Source of the DNA: Acaryochloris thomasi RCC1774
Lineage (GTDB): Bacteria; Cyanobacteriota; Cyanobacteriia; Thermosynechococcales; Thermosynechococcaceae
Direction: 5' to 3'
Assembly (NCBI RefSeq): GCF_003231495.1
Contig: NZ_PQWO01000004.1
Location: 300,001 to 332,000, forward strand
Length of the DNA stretch: 32,000 nucleotides
Both the position numbers and the translations under genes were made by a program. The notes beneath the pieces were generated by a model. That model did no database searches and had not been told where the DNA came from. It was given only the letters and a program-made list of their open reading frames with translations. This document shows, piece after piece, positions 9,404-17,184 of the stretch. Each line of letters starts with the position of its first letter. The stretch's first letter is position 1.

Positions 9404-12007
9404 ATGGCCCGAACAACATTGAAACTAAAAATCCCTAAAAAGCTGAGTCACCTTGGATATTTTTGGGGTGGCGTAGGTCTTGTCATCTTTCTTAACCTCA
9501 ACCCAGGCATTGCCCAAACGAAGGACATACAATCATTACCCCTGCCGCAGATTGTCCCAGCAGAAGCAACTCAGGTAGAAGTGGCCCCTACCGAGGACCT
9601 GTGGGTTCAGGGTCATAACCATTATCAGTCAGGTCAGTTTACGGCCGCGATCTCAGCTTGGCAGCAACTGGAGCGGCTTGCAGAATCCCAAGGAGACGGC
9701 CTAAATCAAGCTGTGCTTCTAAATCATTTGTCATCGGCTCATCAACAACTCGGAGAATGGTCAGAGGCTCAGACGGCTAATGACCGCAGCCGCGAACTAT
9801 TGACAGACCAACCCGGTGCTCGACTCCAGTTAGCCCAGACCCTCAATACCCAAGGCAGTCTCCAGCTTGCCCAGTCCGAACCTACAGCGGCACTGGCGAC
9901 TTGGAAGCGTGCCGCTCAAATCTATGCTGAGTCAGGAGATACCGCAGGCCAAGTCGGAAGTCTTATCAACCAAGCCCAGGCTCAGCAAATGCTGGGATTC
10001 TATCTGAGAGCTCGCAAGACTCTAGCGCAAGTTAAGGAGACTCTAGAACAGCAGACAGACTCAAATCTTAGAACCACAGGACTTCGTAGCCTCGGGAATA
10101 CATTCCGTTTGGTGGGTGACCTTGAGCAATCACAAGCTACATTGCAAGCAAGCTTAGAAATAGCGCAAGATTCAGGCTCTAGCCCTTTTGCAAGCTACCT
10201 GAGCTTAGGGAATACCGCCTATGCTCAGCAGCAATGGTCAGGAGCACTTCAGCATTATCGTGCTGCTGCACAGTCGCCGATCGCGACTCTCCGCGTTCAG
10301 GCTCAGCTCAATCAGCTTAAGGTTGCGCTTAATCAAAGTAATCAGCAGCAGGCGGAACAACTTTGGCCACAGATCCAAGCTCAGATTGAGGCTCTACCGG
10401 TTAGTCGAGAAACCGTATATAGCCAGATCAATCTCGGGCGCAGTCTAGTTCAGCTCAAGCAAGAACTCTCACCCAGAGATCTATCTTGGCGCCAAATTGC
10501 CCAGTGGATGACGCCAGCCCTGCAGCAAGCACAACAGCTTAACGATCCGCGCGCAGAGTCCTACGCTTTAGGCTATCTAGGGCAGCTCTATGAGCAAAAC
10601 CAACAGTGGGCTATTGCCGCAGACCTAACCCAGAAAGCCCTCTCCTTGGCGCAGACTGCCAATGCCACCGACATCAGCTATCAGTGGCACTGGCAGCAGG
10701 GACGGATCTTAAAGGCACAGGGAGATTGGGTAGCGGCAACAAAGGCCTATGAAAATGCCTTCGAAACCTTGCAGGCTCTCCGTAGTAATTTAGTCGCCAT
10801 CAATCCGGATGTTCAGTTTTCGTTTCAGCAGACCGTTGAACCGGTATACCGCGATTTAGTGGATTTACTCCTCCAACCCCAAGCATCGAGCCAAGCTCAG
10901 ATTCAAGAAGCTCGTAACGTTATTGAGGCATTGCAGCTGGTCGAATTAGAAAATTTCTTCCGATCAGCCTGTCTGGAGGGACAGCGCGTTGCTGTTGACC
11001 AAGTAGACCAAAAGAATGCGGCGGTTTTATATCCCATCGTGTTGAGTGATCGCCTAGAGGTAATCTTCAGCCTGCCTGAGCAACCCCTTAAGCATTACCC
11101 AGTCCCTATTCCGCAGTCAGAGGTTGAAAGTGCTGTTGCACAGGCACGGACCTTTTTTGAGAAACCCTACATCGCGCCAGAAGGTAAAGCATTAGGTCAA
11201 ACGATTTATCGCTGGTTGATTCAGCCTGCCGAGCAAGATTTAGCCCAGCAACAGATAGACACCTTAGTCTTTGTCCTTGATGGAGCCTTGCGCAATATTC
11301 CGATGGCGGCTCTCTATGATGGCAGTCAGTATCTCATTGAGCGCTACAGCGTTGCCTTGGCCCCGGGGCTGCAGTTGCTAAACCCGCGTCCATTGGAGAC
11401 TCAAAATCTGAAAATCTTGGCTGGAGGGCTAGCTGAAAGTCGTCATGGTTTCCCTGCCCTCAAAAATGTTCGCAAGGAATTAGAGCAAATTCAAGCCGCA
11501 GCCTCCGGTCAAGTTTTGCTAGATCAGCGCTTTACAAGGAAGGCACTTCAGGACCAGATCAAGGGAGTATCGTTCCCAGTGGTGCATTTGGCAACCCACG
11601 GAGAGTTCAGTTCTAGCTCCAACGGCACCTTTATCTTGGCCTATGATCAGCCCATTCAGATCAATGAACTCAATGAGCTTCTACGCAACAGTGAGCAAAC
11701 CCGCACACAACCCATTGAACTTCTGGTCTTGAGTGCCTGTCGAACAGCAGCTGGCGATGCGCGAGCAGCCTTAGGGCTGTCGGGAGTGGCTGTGCAAGCG
11801 GGTGCGCGGAGTACCCTTGGATCACTGTGGTATTTGGATGACGAATCCGGGGCACAATTTATCCGCGCTTTCTATCGAGAGCTGAGTCAAGGCAGGTTGA
11901 ACAAGGCAGAGGCGCTCAGACAGGCACAACTATCGTTGCTCAAAGATCCCGACTACCGATCTCCGGCCCATTGGGCGCCCTATGTTTTAGTGGGTAACTG
12001 GCTTTAA
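9404..12007 (+). CDS. TPR-repeat CHAT-domain (caspase-fold) peptidase with an N-terminal signal peptide
   Basis: 867-aa ORF. The N-terminus (basic KLKIPKK, hydrophobic LGYFWGGVGLVIFLNL, then PGIAQ) looks like a Sec signal. About 450 aa of Q/A/L-rich TPR-like repeats follow. The C-terminal CHAT domain has the catalytic His in VVHLATHGEF (codon 11597-11599) and Cys in LLVLSACRTAAGD (codon 11738-11740). The ending HWAPYVLVGNWL is typical of CHAT proteins. Confidence 0.9.
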   Translation: MARTTLKLKIPKKLSHLGYFWGGVGLVIFLNLNPGIAQTKDIQSLPLPQIVPAEATQVEVAPTEDLWVQGHNHYQSGQFTAAISAWQQLERLAESQGDGLNQAVLLNHLSSAHQQLGEWSEAQTANDRSRELLTDQPGARLQLAQTLNTQGSLQLAQSEPTAALATWKRAAQIYAESGDTAGQVGSLINQAQAQQMLGFYLRARKTLAQVKETLEQQTDSNLRTTGLRSLGNTFRLVGDLEQSQATLQASLEIAQDSGSSPFASYLSLGNTAYAQQQWSGALQHYRAAAQSPIATLRVQAQLNQLKVALNQSNQQQAEQLWPQIQAQIEALPVSRETVYSQINLGRSLVQLKQELSPRDLSWRQIAQWMTPALQQAQQLNDPRAESYALGYLGQLYEQNQQWAIAADLTQKALSLAQTANATDISYQWHWQQGRILKAQGDWVAATKAYENAFETLQALRSNLVAINPDVQFSFQQTVEPVYRDLVDLLLQPQASSQAQIQEARNVIEALQLVELENFFRSACLEGQRVAVDQVDQKNAAVLYPIVLSDRLEVIFSLPEQPLKHYPVPIPQSEVESAVAQARTFFEKPYIAPEGKALGQTIYRWLIQPAEQDLAQQQIDTLVFVLDGALRNIPMAALYDGSQYLIERYSVALAPGLQLLNPRPLETQNLKILAGGLAESRHGFPALKNVRKELEQIQAAASGQVLLDQRFTRKALQDQIKGVSFPVVHLATHGEFSSSSNGTFILAYDQPIQINELNELLRNSEQTRTQPIELLVLSACRTAAGDARAALGLSGVAVQAGARSTLGSLWYLDDESGAQFIRAFYRELSQGRLNKAEALRQAQLSLLKDPDYRSPAHWAPYVLVGNWL

Positions 12008-13094
12008 GCGCACGCGTCAGGTGCTGGATGGGTGCTAACTTAATCGTGGCATCGCTGCTGCCGCTCGCCACCCGCTGTCCATCGGGACTAAAGGCAACAG
12101 TCCACACTGCTTGGCGATGTTCTGTCAATCGGCCCAAGATATTGCCCGTTTGTATATTCCACAGCTTGACGGTGGTGTCATGACTACTGCTCGCCAGGGT
12201 TTTGCCATCGGGACTAAAGGCAACGGATCGAACCGGGGCCATATGACCAGCCAAACCTTTGAGGAGTCTGCCCTGGTGGACATCCCATAATTTGATAGTT
12301 CTGTCCGTACTGCCACTGGCTAAGGTCTGACCATCAGGACTAAATTGAACGGTTCCAACTGCTTCTTGATGCCCCATCAGAGTTTGTGAAAGCTGAGGTT
12401 TACGGTGTTGAGACAGTTGCCAGATATTGATTTGACCACTTTGGCTCCCGCAGGCCACCTGACCACCTGCAGGATGGAAGTCCACTGATTGAATCCAAGT
12501 ATCTGTTGTCATGCGATGAAGAGGTTGACCTGTGGTGAGGTCCCAAATTTGCAGTGTCTTATCAGTACCTCCGCTGGCCAAAAGATTGCCGTTTGGGCTG
12601 AGGGCAACTGCCTTGACATCATCATCGTGCCGCAGGGTCCGCTGCAGATGTCCTGTTTTTAGATCCCAAATCTTGATGCGATTGTCCCAACTGCCGCTAA
12701 CAAGAGTTTGACCGTTGTTGCTAATTGCCAGGGAGGCAATGGCGTCTGCATGCCCTCGAGTTGTCCGAATGAGTGAGCCTGTTTTTAAGTTCCACCACTT
12801 GAGCTGGCCGTCGTAGCCTCCACTGACAAGAGTAGAGCCATCTGGGCTAACGACGATGGCGTAAACCCAGGTGCCTTGATTATCGAAAGTGAGAGCAGCG
12901 GGAATGGACTCGACAGCTTTTGCCGAGAAAGCCGGACTTTGCGAAGACTGAAGGCCGGTGACCGACCATCGCAACCCGATTCCCTGCCAAATCACGCCAC
13001 CGACCCCGAAGAGTGCAATGGCAACAATTAGATTCATGAGCGGCCATACCGATTTGGCCTGCTTTCGAGAGACTTGAGATTTCATACCCAACAT
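11940..13094 (-). CDS. WD40 repeat protein (seven repeats, one propeller) with an N-terminal transmembrane anchor
   Basis: 384-aa ORF. The N-terminal basic segment plus hydrophobic helix is VWPLMNLIVAIALFGVGGVIWQGI. Seven units of the type GH..V.S.AFSPDG..LASGS.D.T.K.W follow. The last repeat ends IKLA instead of IKLW and runs into a 30-aa tail antisense to the CHAT gene's 3' end. Confidence 0.9.
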   Translation of the reverse strand: MLGMKSQVSRKQAKSVWPLMNLIVAIALFGVGGVIWQGIGLRWSVTGLQSSQSPAFSAKAVESIPAALTFDNQGTWVYAIVVSPDGSTLVSGGYDGQLKWWNLKTGSLIRTTRGHADAIASLAISNNGQTLVSGSWDNRIKIWDLKTGHLQRTLRHDDDVKAVALSPNGNLLASGGTDKTLQIWDLTTGQPLHRMTTDTWIQSVDFHPAGGQVACGSQSGQINIWQLSQHRKPQLSQTLMGHQEAVGTVQFSPDGQTLASGSTDRTIKLWDVHQGRLLKGLAGHMAPVRSVAFSPDGKTLASSSHDTTVKLWNIQTGNILGRLTEHRQAVWTVAFSPDGQRVASGSSDATIKLAPIQHLTRALKASYPLKHRAPNGPEIGSRDL

Positions 13095-13186
13095 GTCCTA
13101 TTTTCAAGGTGTTTCAGTCAAGAAATTAATGAACCAACTGACTGCAGTCGTATATTGCTGCAGTTTGATATCGAGAACCTCTTTTT

Positions 13187-13765
13187 CTATTGATTGAGAG
13201 TCTTACGTTCTCGCCATAGACGAATTATGTATAAAGTGGTGATTGTCAAAATTGCTGCCATGCTAATCGGCGTAATATATGTCCAGTGCCCTGACATTTT
13301 GTCCCACACATGCCAAGTCAAAAGAAACATTGCGATATAAGTGAGCCGATGAAGCTGTTTCCAGTTCTTTTTTAGAGCTTTGACGCTCCAATCATTTGAG
13401 GTTGCTGCTAGCAAGGTAAAGATGACCATTGTGGCAATCCCTTGAGAGTAAACCCAAGAGGTCTTGAGATCGGCAAAATCAATATGTCGTTTGTGGATCA
13501 GTAGCCAGCCATGCAAAAAAGCGAACAAGAACGCTAAAACGCCGATTAAACGGCGTTTTTTGAGTAACAACTTAGGCAGGAGCGATTTCTTAGACTTCGG
13601 GAAGACAACGCGAGCAATACTCGGCATTAGCGTAATGACGTAGCTAACCAGTGCTAAGAATCCTAAGGAATTCTCAATAGGTGGAGAGTCAATCATAATC
13701 ATGTTTTTGGCCCAATAACATTGCTCCTGATAAGTCATTGCAAAGAGCATCATGACTCTCTTCAA
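13187..13765 (-). CDS. Ferric-reductase-like transmembrane protein, MsrQ/YedZ-like (heme b-binding)
   Basis: ORF of up to 192 aa. RRLIGVLAFLFAFLHGW and KNWKQLHRLTYIAMFLLTWHVW align by eye with E. coli MsrQ blocks ([38 protein letters not shown], from memory). The gene is AT-rich relative to its neighbours. The start is ambiguous because there are several in-frame Met codons. Confidence 0.68.
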   Translation of the reverse strand: MKRVMMLFAMTYQEQCYWAKNMIMIDSPPIENSLGFLALVSYVITLMPSIARVVFPKSKKSLLPKLLLKKRRLIGVLAFLFAFLHGWLLIHKRHIDFADLKTSWVYSQGIATMVIFTLLAATSNDWSVKALKKNWKQLHRLTYIAMFLLTWHVWDKMSGHWTYITPISMAAILTITTLYIIRLWRERKTLNQ

Positions 13766-14148
13766 CCCCCATTGAAGATGCCAGCTCGTATACTTGCACT
13801 GAGCTTATCCAGGAAAAACAAGACTATTTATCTAAATAGCCTGAAAATAATTAAATCGAGCAGAAATGCAGATAAAATCACCCAAATGCATCTTTCTTCA
13901 GTATCAGAACGAATATATTCCGCTCCTCACAAAATGATTTAGATGTTTGCTAAGACGGTATACATACCATGAAATTGTACATCAATTTATTTTGTGCTGA
14001 CTGCAAAAAAATGCTTTGAACGTATATTTTTTTGTATAAGTTAATTTACTATAAAATATGCGTATTTTGCGCCAGGGAGATTGTAATTAAAGTCACAAAA
14101 AATTGCTTGCAGTTTGAAATTTCTTTTTTATGATCGCTATATCAGTAT

Positions 14149-14319
14149 CTATATCGACTTAAGCTCGAGACGATTGATCTTGTGTTTGCCCTTCTTCCCC
14201 TGAGCTTGCATTCTCTTCACTACCGCAATCGCTAAATCATATTCATTGCTGAGCATTCGCTCTGATATCTCGTGAGCTTTCAGTTGCCGCCACCAAGTCT
14301 TCATATCGTTGAGTTCGGG
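14149..14319 (-). pseudogene. C-terminal remnant of an IS630-family (DDE_3-type) transposase
   Basis: The minus-strand translation is APELNDMKTWWRQLKAHEISERMLSNEYDLAIAVVKRMQAQGKKGKHKINRLELKSI*. It matches the remembered transposase C-terminus pattern PELN.IE..W.QLK.HE...RMF..EYDLA.AV. No upstream catalytic domain is present. Confidence 0.5.
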
Positions 14320-14418
14320 GCAAGGTCAGCGAATAGTCTGCATTTCTTTTGTGTCATGTGAACAGTCTCCTGAGTCATTTCCTTGAATGGAGTGTCCACT
14401 TTTTCAAGACAAGGTCAG

Positions 14419-14634
14419 ATGGATAAGGTGCTCTTGCGTAAACGGGCGCCGATTGAATCGGTCAATGACTAGCTCAAGAACATTTGCCAGATTGAATAGA
14501 CTCGACACCGCAGTGGCCCTAATTTTTTAGCGAATCTTTTGGGAGGCTTGATTGCCTACTCCTACCATCTGATGAAAACATCGATAGAGTTGACTCCCGA
14601 TGAGATGCAAGCACTGCCCACAGCTATTATTTAG
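14419..14634 (+). pseudogene. C-terminal remnant of an IS982-family-like transposase with two in-frame stops
   Basis: The plus-strand translation is [53 protein letters not shown]..., with TAG at 14470-14472 and 14497-14499. It matches the remembered block LLRKR.IIE(T/S)VNDQLKN..QIEH.RHRS...F..NL..GLIAY. The family name is from memory. Confidence 0.5.
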
Positions 14635-14712
14635 CGTCGAACTCACGTAAGACTAGGCTGGTGAGCTGATGAAGGGATTGTTGTCGGGACCGACACATGC
14701 ATCAATAATTGA

Positions 14713-14735
14713 GTTTTCCCCAGGCTGGGGAAAAC
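14713..14735. repeat. Perfect 10-bp inverted repeat (hairpin) GTTTTCCCCA-GGC-TGGGGAAAAC
   Basis: Read directly from the sequence: stem arms at 14713-14722 and 14726-14735 with a 3-nt loop. No U-tract follows on either strand. The function is unknown. Confidence 0.6.
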
Positions 14736-15085
14736 AAGCAGGTTGCAGCAAGAGTAATGAATGTAGCGATTGAGACAAGGTGTATTGAATAGGTCTAAAG
14801 ACGACATAGCTGTGCATGGATTTTTATGCGGCTGAGTTGGAGAAACGTCAGCACCAAGATAATCTCCAGGAGTAGAAAACTTGAGGGTGCGTGATCTGGA
14901 TCAGTGAGAGTTGAAGACTGGGCTGATACTCTCATCAAACAACGGCATCGCTGCTTGGTTAGCAAAGTTATGTCGTTGTCTTTTTGACCTTTTAGAAAAG
15001 CATTTTCGACTTACCCTAACGAGTTGCTCCAACGTTATTAGCGCTCAGCAATCTCCAGTCCTACTCATGAGATCGAGGTTCCCCT

Positions 15086-15790
15086 ATGACAGCTCTTCGA
15101 GATCAGCTGCGCGTTGGCATTGCAATCTTAAGCAATGGTCAATACTCACAAGCGGTCTCTTCTTTAGAAGATATTCTCAAGCAAGCAAGGCCAGCATCTC
15201 ATCCTTATCTACAGGCCCAGATGCATCTTGTACAGGCCTATCAAGGAAATGGACAAAGCACGCGGGCTTATTCACTGTGCTGCATTTTAGCGACGAGTCA
15301 AAATTCTCAGGTGCGAGAATGGGCACAGCGAACTATCAAGGCACTGTCACCGAACCGCTCAACTTCAACAGCAATTCTTTGCTCTGCGGATCGTACCCCT
15401 CAAAGTATTCCCCCTCAGCCAAAAGCGAAAAGTCTACAGTCCCTGCGTTTGCAAGGAACAAGAGCGTTTCTACTGTCAAAGAAACGCCTCCTTGAGATCT
15501 ATCTGAAGCAGGGGCAGAGGGAACGGGCTATTTCGCTCTGTCTGACCCTCGCCACCAGTAATAGCTCTAACGTGCAACTCTGGGCACAGCAGGCCATTAA
15601 AAAGCTCTCCCAGCCTGTCCTACCTAAGAGTTTCTCCCCCAATTCCACTTCTAAGCGGACTGACAAACAGCAGCAAATCCCGCTTGAGCCGTGTGGCAAG
15701 CCTAATCGCTACTCCAAAAATTACTTGGAAGGGACCGCAATGGAAAAGGTCGTCTCGCAAATCACACGGAAAGATACTGTGATTCTCTAG
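15086..15790 (+). CDS. Hypothetical protein with an internal tandem duplication (helical repeat-like)
   Basis: 234-aa ORF with GAGG 9 nt upstream of the ATG. Two related segments, AYSLCCILATSQNSQVREWAQRTIKALSP and AISLCLTLATSNSSNVQLWAQQAIKKLSQP, are conserved at the amino-acid level. This favours this frame over the overlapping 14911..15495 ORF. Confidence 0.6.
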   Translation: MTALRDQLRVGIAILSNGQYSQAVSSLEDILKQARPASHPYLQAQMHLVQAYQGNGQSTRAYSLCCILATSQNSQVREWAQRTIKALSPNRSTSTAILCSADRTPQSIPPQPKAKSLQSLRLQGTRAFLLSKKRLLEIYLKQGQRERAISLCLTLATSNSSNVQLWAQQAIKKLSQPVLPKSFSPNSTSKRTDKQQQIPLEPCGKPNRYSKNYLEGTAMEKVVSQITRKDTVIL

Positions 15791-15862
15791 TCCCATCCCA
15801 GAAAGATTAGCTACAGTAGGTAGACAGGAAGGGTCAGATGGTTACCCGTTCACCTTTAGAGA

Positions 15863-16111
15863 GTGCCTATTGTGAGTGTCTCAGTTCACTTTTTGCCTAA
15901 TAATGTCACGGTTGAAGCCCAAGTTGGCGAAGGATTGCTAAGCGTTGCTGAACGGGCTGGCATTACTATCCCTACGGGGTGTTTAATGGGGTCTTGTCAT
16001 GCCTGTGAAGTTGAAGTTACAGAACTCGGCGATCGATGTTGCTGCATCAGCTCGGTACCGCCGGGCCATTCTCAACTCACGATTAATCTATTTAGCGATC
16101 CTACCTGGTAG
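15863..16111 (+). CDS. Small plant-type [2Fe-2S] ferredoxin-like protein
   Basis: 82-aa ORF. It has the C-x4-C-x2-C motif (GCLMGSCHAC) after a GITIPTG-type loop, and further Cys residues (RCCCIS) downstream. The start is GTG at 15863, or more likely GTG at 15872 given the GAGAG at 15858-15862. Confidence 0.68.
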   Translation: MPIVSVSVHFLPNNVTVEAQVGEGLLSVAERAGITIPTGCLMGSCHACEVEVTELGDRCCCISSVPPGHSQLTINLFSDPTW

Positions 16112-16114
16112 CCG

Positions 16115-16327
16115 ATGCCTTTATCTAATAGCGAAGCCAAGCAGATTCTAGAACGCCTGATATTCGTTGACGAAAAACCGCAGGAGTGGGTACAAGACGT
16201 CTGGGATATGAGTCCGACACTGGGCGAAACCGCTGCACGACTTTCAGAGGTCTTCGATGCTTTGCTCGATGTCTGTCCTCCGGGTCAACTAGATGAATTG
16301 CTCAAGATGCTCTATCAAAAACAGTAG
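16115..16327 (+). CDS. Hypothetical 70-aa acidic protein, probably translationally coupled to the ferredoxin-like gene
   Basis: The ATG lies 3 nt after the upstream stop. No family is recognised. The coding call rests on tight coupling and the lack of a competing ORF. Confidence 0.5.
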   Translation: MPLSNSEAKQILERLIFVDEKPQEWVQDVWDMSPTLGETAARLSEVFDALLDVCPPGQLDELLKMLYQKQ

Positions 16328-16455
16328 TTGCGACTGTTCCCAAGCGGCCTGCTGCCAGAGACGGAGTTAAGTCCTGCGGATGACCTAAAGGTATGATCAC
16401 GGCGATCTCATTCCCCAATAGTTAGAGCGCCCTCTCTTATGACAGTACGATCGAC

Positions 16456-16956
16456 TTATCCTGGAAATAATCGCTTAGCACGGGCCTGAAACCATTGCCC
16501 TACAATCTTCTTGCGGTTCCAGCGCTGAAATGCTCTTTCGTAAGCATCGCCTTGGGTATGATAAATATTCCAGGCATTTAAGCCGAGCATGATTCCCCAC
16601 GGCAGCGCCAAGAGCGGAAACCACAGAAAAGAAAACCCGGTCAATCCATTCAGTAGGCATAGTCCTGTATTGACGATGGCGTAGCGCCCGACCCGTCGCT
16701 TTAATTTTGCTTTCCGGTAGCCATTAAAGGCTTGACGCCGCTGGAGGCCACTTTGCTCTTGTTGCCATAGCTGTTCCGCCTGTCGCAGTGTCGCGGTGGG
16801 AATTTCCATTTCTGCTGCGATTTCTAGCAGCTGGTCATGAGAGAATTCGCCCTCATAGTTTTGCTGTGCGATCGCAACATTTAAAATCTGTTGAATATCT
16901 TCTTGGCTGTAAGAACGAGACGCGGGCGATTCCGAGAAGGGCATGGGTTTACGCAA
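16456..16956 (-). CDS. 2TM-domain membrane protein with a soluble N-terminal helical domain
   Basis: 166-aa ORF. The C-terminal hairpin of two helices (RYAIVNTGLCLLNGLTGFSFLWFPLLALPWGIMLGLNAWNIY) resembles the Pfam 2TM domain as I recall it. Confidence 0.62.
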   Translation of the reverse strand: MRKPMPFSESPASRSYSQEDIQQILNVAIAQQNYEGEFSHDQLLEIAAEMEIPTATLRQAEQLWQQEQSGLQRRQAFNGYRKAKLKRRVGRYAIVNTGLCLLNGLTGFSFLWFPLLALPWGIMLGLNAWNIYHTQGDAYERAFQRWNRKKIVGQWFQARAKRLFPG

Positions 16957-17184
16957 TGCGGCTTCTCCATTATGACAAATTCAGGCTTCTTTCTAAAATG
17001 CGAAGCGAGACCCAAGATTGCAATAGATGTCATATTCAACATCAGCGGCAAAATTCGTTGCAATGATCGAACGGGCCAAGATGTGGGAATACTATTTCAA
17101 ATTAGGGAAGAGAGAGTACATCCGCGTCTTTGTGCTTACTGAGTTATTCGAGCGAAGACGTGCGTCAACCGCCATTGCAGTGTT

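Noticed and set aside
13721-13942. 73-aa plus-strand ORF in the AT-rich region
   Set aside because: It overlaps the 5' end of the MsrQ-like gene in antisense. Its AT-rich, lysine/serine-rich composition and lack of motifs suggest it is likely spurious.
14911-15495. 194-aa plus-strand ORF overlapping the 15086..15790 gene
   Set aside because: It uses an alternative frame of the same DNA and is Ser/Cys/Arg-rich with no motifs. The 15086 frame shows an internal amino-acid-level duplication and a good Shine-Dalgarno sequence, so it is preferred.
17008-17066. Two TTGCAAT motifs upstream of the giant kinase gene as an operator
   Set aside because: The motif is short and of low information, the two copies are about 47 bp apart, and I had no supporting conservation data.
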